From contig OZ251458.1 in assembly GCA_965242535.1 (NCBI GenBank), positions 4,747,203-4,811,202 of the forward strand: a stretch of 64,000 nucleotides of DNA, given 5' to 3'. The stretch comes from Candidatus Latescibacterota bacterium. GTDB taxonomy: Bacteria; Latescibacterota; UBA2968. Positions 58,279-64,000 of this stretch are shown here, piece by piece; the stretch's first letter is position 1, and the number at the start of each line of letters is the position of its first letter. The position numbers and the translations under genes were made by a program. The notes under the pieces were generated by a model. That model had not been told where the DNA came from. It searched no databases and worked only from the letters and a program-made list of their open reading frames with translations.

Positions 58279-59487
58279 CTATGCTTCATCGCCTTCTCTA
58301 TCCGACAGCGCGGCCACGCCGGGCAAGGTCTGGCCCTCTAAAAACGCCAGCGAAGCCCCGCCCCCGGTCGAGACGTGGCTCAATTTTTTTGCCACGCCAA
58401 AATCCGCTATCGCGGCCGCGGTCTCCCCCCCGCCGACGATCGTCGTCGCCCCCTGCGCGGTCGCCGTGACCAATGCGTTGGCAACCGCACGCGACCCTTT
58501 GGAAAACGAGTAAATCTCGCACGCGCCCAAGGGCCCGTTCCACACCACTGTTTTGGCGTTGAGGACGACATCGGAAAATCGCTTCCGCGTTTCAGGCCCG
58601 ATGTCAAACCCCTCCATGTCTGCGGGAATGCGGTCGCGCGGCACGATTTGGACGGGGACGCCTTCGGCCATCTCGGGCGCTACGACCGTATCGACGGGCA
58701 GAATGAGGTTCACGCCTTCGGCTTTTGCGCGTTGGAGCAACTCGGCGGCGACCGCAACGCGGTCTTTCTCCAACAGCGACTTGCCGATTTCCAAGCCCAT
58801 CGCCTCGAAAAACGTAAATGCCATGCCCCCGCCGATGAGCAGGGTATCGACTTTTGAAAACAAATTTTCGATGATGTCCATTTTGCCGGAAATTTTCGCG
58901 CCACCCATAATCGCGATATAAGGCCGCGTGGGATCGGCCAAGGCCGCGCCGAGGTAATCCAACTCCCTTTGCATCAACAAACCCGCAGCACACGCGAGAA
59001 AATAATGCGTGACGCCCTCGGTGGAGGCATGGGCGCGATGGGCCGTGCCAAACGCATCGTTGACATACACATCGCCCAATTCGGACAATTGCGTGGCAAA
59101 GCCCGGCGCATTGGCCTCTTCATCGGCGTGAAAGCGCAAATTTTCGAGCAACGCGACCGACCCTTCGGGCGCGCGTTTGACCGCATCCACCGTTGCCTCG
59201 CCCACGCTATCGGGCGCGAGCACCACTTCTCGGCCGAGCAGGAGTTGCAGGGCTTCGGCGATGGGTTCAAGCGACAACTCGGGGACGACCTCGCCTTCGG
59301 GCCTGCCCAGATGGGACATCAGCACGGGTTTGCCACCCGCGTCTAAAATGTGCCGAATCGTGGGCAGAGCCGCTCGGAGGCGCGTGTCATCTGCGACCCG
59401 TCCATCTTCGAGCGGCACGTTAAAATCCACGCGCACCAAAACGCGCTTGTCCGCCAAGTCCAAATCCGCAATCGACATCTTTGCCAC
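58279..59487 (-). CDS. pgk: phosphoglycerate kinase
   Basis: RVDFNVP N-terminus, AHRAHAS, C-terminal ATP-binding GGGA...GGGETAA. The start may be ATG 59478 instead (a GAGGAG SD favours GTG 59487). Confidence 0.9.
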   Translation of the reverse strand: MAKMSIADLDLADKRVLVRVDFNVPLEDGRVADDTRLRAALPTIRHILDAGGKPVLMSHLGRPEGEVVPELSLEPIAEALQLLLGREVVLAPDSVGEATVDAVKRAPEGSVALLENLRFHADEEANAPGFATQLSELGDVYVNDAFGTAHRAHASTEGVTHYFLACAAGLLMQRELDYLGAALADPTRPYIAIMGGAKISGKMDIIENLFSKVDTLLIGGGMAFTFFEAMGLEIGKSLLEKDRVAVAAELLQRAKAEGVNLILPVDTVVAPEMAEGVPVQIVPRDRIPADMEGFDIGPETRKRFSDVVLNAKTVVWNGPLGACEIYSFSKGSRAVANALVTATAQGATTIVGGGETAAAIADFGVAKKLSHVSTGGGASLAFLEGQTLPGVAALSDREGDEA

Positions 59488-59614
59488 GCTGTTCTCCTCA
59501 AGTTCAAACCACGATCGGATTAGACACGATGAACGCCTATCGCCGTTGTACCCCGCTCCTCACTTTTGGCGTGTATTTGAAAATTAAAACAAATAAAAAT
59601 CAAATTGGTATGGC

Positions 59615-60073
59615 TACTCTGTAAATTAAGTTATTCTCAATTTTGATCCGCACAAATCAGCACCGACATTGCTTACTTTTTTAACAACTTTGGTCCTAAA
59701 GCCTCGTGGGTTGCCTTCGATGCCTTCGGCGACCTACTTTTTGTCAACAGCAACAAAAAGTAGGCGAGCGGGGTACAACTGCCTTAGCAGTTCAAAAATG
59801 CCGCTCTCATGCGCCGAGGGGCTAGCACAGCGCGAGCGGGGTACAACTGCTCCAGCAGTTCAATCGCTTTTGTAACAACACGACATGAGACAGCCTGCGA
59901 GGTGGGTTGCAAAATAGAGGTTGGTTGCGAGACGGACTTGCGCGCTGTGCCTGATGGCTTTCCTTGAGGGGCTTTTGAGATGGCATGTTGGGCGATGGCT
60001 TATTTGATGTACGGCATCACGGCCATCACGCGCTTAAAAAAATGAAATTCATAATTATTTAATTTACAGAGTA
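59615..60073 (+). mobile_element. MITE copy D (intact 15-bp TIRs TACTCTGTAAATTAA ... TTAATTTACAGAGTA)
   Basis: 459 bp. Internal hairpin CCTACTTTTTGTCAACAGCAACAAAAAGTAGG. A duplicated GAGCGGGGTACAACTGC...AGCAGTTCAA internal unit. Confidence 0.75.
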
Positions 60074-60342
60074 ATGACTTCAAATGCAGAAAGAAATACA
60101 GGGACACCTGAAGGCATCCCTGTAAAAAAATGGTAATAATCGAGCTACCGTAATCCTGTCTGCCAGGCGGAAGCTCGATGGGTTTTAATGCGAAAACGGT
60201 AACCAATTCTCCTGCGTTTGTCAACAACTAATCGTCCTGCGTTTGTCCACATCCCATCGGGTAGTTTCCTTTTGTTGCCGGCATCTCGCTCCGTCTATCC
60301 CTCGTTGCGTTGTAGGCTACGCCTGCGCTTTTGTCGCGTTGA

Positions 60343-61146
60343 TCAAAAAAGTGATGGTTGCACCGATTTGATTCGCTTCTCCGCTGCCTCGTAGTATTCT
60401 CGCTCCGCTTCGATGCCGATGAATTTTCTACCGGCGCCGACCGCGGCGACTCCCGTAGAACCGACGCCCATGAACGGATCGAACACGACATCGTTTTGAC
60501 GGGTGGCGATATCGATCAGGTGCTTTAATAGTTTGATGGGCTTTTGCGTTGGATGCTTGGGATTCTTGAGTCTTTCCGGCCCCATGCATATCGGCGATTC
60601 AAAAAAGTTGTGCATTTCGCTTTGTTTGCCAAAATTCCAGATGTGGCCCTTGTTCCACATACAGACGATGAGCTCGCAACTGTTCAAAAAGCCGGCCTTT
60701 CTGAACTTGGGAACGGGATTGGTTTTGTGCCAAACAAAAAACTGAAAGGTGTCAAAAATGGGATCGAATATTTCATGCCATCTCCCGATCAAATTATACG
60801 AGCAAAACGCAAAGAGATTTCCCGTTGGCTTTAGGATTCGCACGAAGTCGTCTTTCAAATCGGCCGGGTCAAAATTTTTATCCCACTCGGCGAGGTCATT
60901 GTTTATATCCGCTCGCCAATCGAATTTGATATTCCCCGTCGAATACGGACTCAAGTTATAGGGCGGATCGGTACAAATAAAATCGACGGAATGGTCGGGC
61001 ATGTCTTTCATCGCATGTAAGCTATCGGCATGGAGCAATTTATAGGGATCATCGGCTCGACCTACGCGACGCGCTTCAAAGCCCGTTGCCCATGCGGAAC
61101 TCCGCACGATTTGACGGATCGACTTTTCGGTATCGACCATTCTCAT
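60343..61146 (-). CDS. DNA methyltransferase, beta-class amino-MTase (DPPY ... FxGxG)
   Basis: VDFICTDPPYNL (motif IV) N-terminal and VVFDPFMGVGSTG (motif I) C-terminal. Low-GC coding sequence. Confidence 0.8.
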   Translation of the reverse strand: MRMVDTEKSIRQIVRSSAWATGFEARRVGRADDPYKLLHADSLHAMKDMPDHSVDFICTDPPYNLSPYSTGNIKFDWRADINNDLAEWDKNFDPADLKDDFVRILKPTGNLFAFCSYNLIGRWHEIFDPIFDTFQFFVWHKTNPVPKFRKAGFLNSCELIVCMWNKGHIWNFGKQSEMHNFFESPICMGPERLKNPKHPTQKPIKLLKHLIDIATRQNDVVFDPFMGVGSTGVAAVGAGRKFIGIEAEREYYEAAEKRIKSVQPSLF

Positions 61147-61413
61147 CTGTTCCCCCGCAAGACTCGTTTGACCGAATCCGCCAAGCGTCCGCCAAATACA
61201 AATCCGTCATCGGCACCACCGCCACGCCATCGCCTCCTCAATCGCTCCCGATCACCGCTTCCATTCGATATGGTCGTTGATACCGCGTTTCTCGTAGAGA
61301 TTCAAAACATCCGTGCAAAAATCCATCACTTCCCTCTCTCCTGCGGCTTTCGCACCCTCCCTCACCTGCACCTGCCTGTACATATCTCTTAAATCTGAAA
61401 AATCCATAGCCAT

Positions 61414-62733
61414 CTACTCCTTTAATCCGATAACGATATACTCCGTTGGATACGCTTCTGAGTTTGCCTTATCATTGCTCGCAAATCTACCCGTTTTTTC
61501 ATCGCGTTTCTGGGGAAGTATCTTGAGAGGGATTTCCCGTTTTATGAGCCGATCCAATTTGAAACCCGACCGTTGCAGGGACTCGGCAAATGCTTCGGCG
61601 TTGCGTATATCGACTCCCTTTAGCTTCGTATTTCCAATGACATAGCAACACCTGCCCCCCGGCTTCAGGATTCTAAAACTCTCATTGAAGACTTCCTGCA
61701 TATCAATAAAAAAGGCTTCGATTTCTTTCGCCTTTTTTTTGCTTTTAGATACCATTTCATCGACAATATCAGAGGCAATTTGGCTCGATAGAGACTCGGA
61801 TTCGTACCGTTTGTAGGATGTACCGATAAACTGTTTTCTGTATTCTTTTAAGTCATCAGCCAAATCTAGCCAGAGAGTTGAGAGTTGGTGGAGGTCTGCA
61901 TATTCGTAACTCGTCACATAAGGACTTGAACTGATAATCAAATCGACGCTGTCATCGGGAACGGCTTGGGCCTTGGCTGAACTTATTTGGACATTTAGGT
62001 AACGCTCCAGATTCTCTTTTGTATGGCATGGAACGACTTCGTAGAAATAGGCATTTCCCTTTAGCATTTTTGACAGGTGCCTTTTAATCGCATCAGCGGG
62101 GGGCGTAGGCCGCTTCTTCATATCTCTCGTCGGTTTCGTACTGCTCTGGCTCCAAATTGAACATGTTTTGAGAACGTGACTCAACGCGACCAAAAAGAAA
62201 GACCGAACGGCTTGGTCGGGTTCGTCGAGAATTAAGACGAGAATTTTTCCTATTTTATCTCGCACTTCTTCCGTGAACCAGTAGTCAATTCGTTCTAAGT
62301 GTTTTTCTGGAATTTGAGGGCGTACTTCATTTGCCACAAAAAGGCAACCTTGATCGTCATCGTGGAAATCACAAATATTTGACAGAAATCGTTTGACTTT
62401 TTTTTCCAAATAATCGGGTTTGATCGGTGTTGCTTTTGCTTTGGTTACCAAATGGGCGACTTTATTGATATCTGTGCCGCTGGCGCGAAGACCTCTGGAT
62501 ATCGCACTGACAATCGTCGTTCCAGATCCCATAAAAGGGTCGTTTATACTCGCCGAGCCATTGGTGATATAGCAATCCATCAGTTGCTCTACCAACTGCG
62601 GGATGAACTTGGCGGGATACCGGTGGTAGCCATGCGTCCATTTTCCGGTGTCTGATGGCTTGCATCCGTTGAACGACCAAGCCTTATCAACCGGGGTCTG
62701 GTTAAACCATTCTAGAATTTCATTGGGGGACAT
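61414..62733 (-). CDS. DNA methyltransferase, alpha-class amino-MTase (FxGxG ... SPPY-like SSPY)
   Basis: INDPFMGSGTT (motif I) at about aa 75, IISSSPYVTSYEY (motif IV) at about aa 290, with an about 200-aa putative TRD between. ATG 62733 with GGAGG SD (the ORF-track start is a TTG). Confidence 0.7.
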   Translation of the reverse strand: MSPNEILEWFNQTPVDKAWSFNGCKPSDTGKWTHGYHRYPAKFIPQLVEQLMDCYITNGSASINDPFMGSGTTIVSAISRGLRASGTDINKVAHLVTKAKATPIKPDYLEKKVKRFLSNICDFHDDDQGCLFVANEVRPQIPEKHLERIDYWFTEEVRDKIGKILVLILDEPDQAVRSFFLVALSHVLKTCSIWSQSSTKPTRDMKKRPTPPADAIKRHLSKMLKGNAYFYEVVPCHTKENLERYLNVQISSAKAQAVPDDSVDLIISSSPYVTSYEYADLHQLSTLWLDLADDLKEYRKQFIGTSYKRYESESLSSQIASDIVDEMVSKSKKKAKEIEAFFIDMQEVFNESFRILKPGGRCCYVIGNTKLKGVDIRNAEAFAESLQRSGFKLDRLIKREIPLKILPQKRDEKTGRFASNDKANSEAYPTEYIVIGLKE

Positions 62734-62772
62734 AAATAAGCCTCCATTTCCCAAAGCGTTACGTGTTACAGA

Positions 62773-63435
62773 CTATTGCAGGTCGTCTATAATCCGCTCA
62801 AATCTTCGCAGATTGTGCTGTTCAACAAAATTTTTGCGAAAAATATATACGACATCCAATTCGTGCAGCACAATGGTTTTGCTTTTTTGGACTTTCTCAC
62901 TTTCAAAGATGTTGTCTCTATCAAACGTGAGAAAGAACATTTTGATGTGTCGCGTAATGGGACAGGAACGCAATCTCAACTTCCAATATGCGGTTTGGGC
63001 AATGCGCTCTCGTAGCGATATTTTACAGGAGATGATGGCTTTTACAGAGGCATCGGAGGGATCGTACACGACGATATCAGCATCCGGCATGTGGCATCCA
63101 TGAATGCCGAAATCAACTAAAATATTGCGCTTAACTTTACAAAGCATCGCATCGCTTTGTTGTTTTTCTAGTGTTGAGCCTTGAGCCAACGCGAGCGGGA
63201 GCCCCGCCTCGTCGATGAATTTTGAGAGGATGTGAAACGCGAGTTTTTCAAAATTTTGACCACTCCACGAACGCCACGATTGACCCATATCGCCTTCGAA
63301 ACCATCTTTCCGCTTTGCCTCCACGTACAAGTCTTCGACTTTATCCAAAAAGGCGGGCAGATTTCCGTAGGCTTTCGGATTGTGTTCGAGCTCCTCATCG
63401 TAGAGGCTCTGGAGGTCTTCAAATTCAAATGGCAT
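62773..63435 (-). CDS. probable restriction endonuclease (small PD-(D/E)XK-like protein) partnered with the two MTases
   Basis: Context (co-oriented, 18 nt upstream of the MTase genes, same low GC) plus a candidate motif MPDADIVVYD...AIISCKISLRE (PD...x...(S/E)xK). Weak on sequence alone. Confidence 0.45.
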   Translation of the reverse strand: MPFEFEDLQSLYDEELEHNPKAYGNLPAFLDKVEDLYVEAKRKDGFEGDMGQSWRSWSGQNFEKLAFHILSKFIDEAGLPLALAQGSTLEKQQSDAMLCKVKRNILVDFGIHGCHMPDADIVVYDPSDASVKAIISCKISLRERIAQTAYWKLRLRSCPITRHIKMFFLTFDRDNIFESEKVQKSKTIVLHELDVVYIFRKNFVEQHNLRRFERIIDDLQ

Positions 63436-63462
63436 TATCCGTTCTCCCAAACATGGCTGTTT

Positions 63463-64000
<538 letters not shown>

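Noticed and set aside
59669-59875. Small ORFs inside MITE copies (e.g. 59669..59875, 28645..28836, 27049..27321).
   Set aside because: They are not conserved in frame between copies, lack SDs, and lie within structured non-coding repeat sequence.

Overview
This is a high-GC (about 60-65%) bacterial chromosomal segment, probably from an uncultured diderm lineage, since an LptD-like outer-membrane protein is present. Housekeeping genes are: thrS; selA; the gltB-gltD glutamate synthase pair with a 7Fe ferredoxin and a ferredoxin-dependent nitrite/sulfite reductase; the gap-pgk-tpiA-secG glycolytic operon; a LysA-like decarboxylase; a GlpD-like oxidoreductase; and two tRNA-Leu genes. Accessory and unusual material is interleaved with them. 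(1) A tandemly duplicated two-gene cassette encodes paired M16 zinc peptidases, one active (HFLEH motif) and one apparently inactive. The copies bracket a frameshifted REC-AraC regulator, a 22-codon upstream ORF and a highly acidic Tyr/Trp-rich protein. (2) A fused MFS/spermidine-synthase gene sits next to four paralogous PhyH-type Fe(II)/2OG dioxygenases. (3) A 959-aa secreted repeat protein (GLUG, FN3, cadherin-like/Ig repeats, C-terminal dockerin) has a G31 homopolymer about 10 nt upstream of its Shine-Dalgarno sequence. (4) An envelope-glycan locus contains two polytopic membrane proteins that share an uncharacterised C-terminal domain, plus a PurO-like protein and a heparinase II/III-like protein. 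(5) A DNA methyltransferase is inserted precisely between gltB and gltD. (6) A low-GC restriction-modification island (a beta-class and an alpha-class amino-MTase plus a small PD-(D/E)XK-like nuclease) is inserted between gap and pgk. (7) Four copies of a roughly 430-460 bp MITE with TACTCYGTAAATTAA terminal inverted repeats are present. (8) A pervasive composite intergenic repeat consists of a REP-like palindrome (GGGACAGGC-CCCCG-TGCCTGTCC) plus (GGGAGAC/GGAAGAC/GGTGGTC)n heptamer arrays. It sits in the 5' regions of many genes and makes ORF callers over-extend N-termini. A frameshifted RelE/ParE toxin with its antitoxin and a truncated cNMP-binding fragment mark a decaying region. All calls rest on reading the sequence and ORF translations by eye; no database searches were run.
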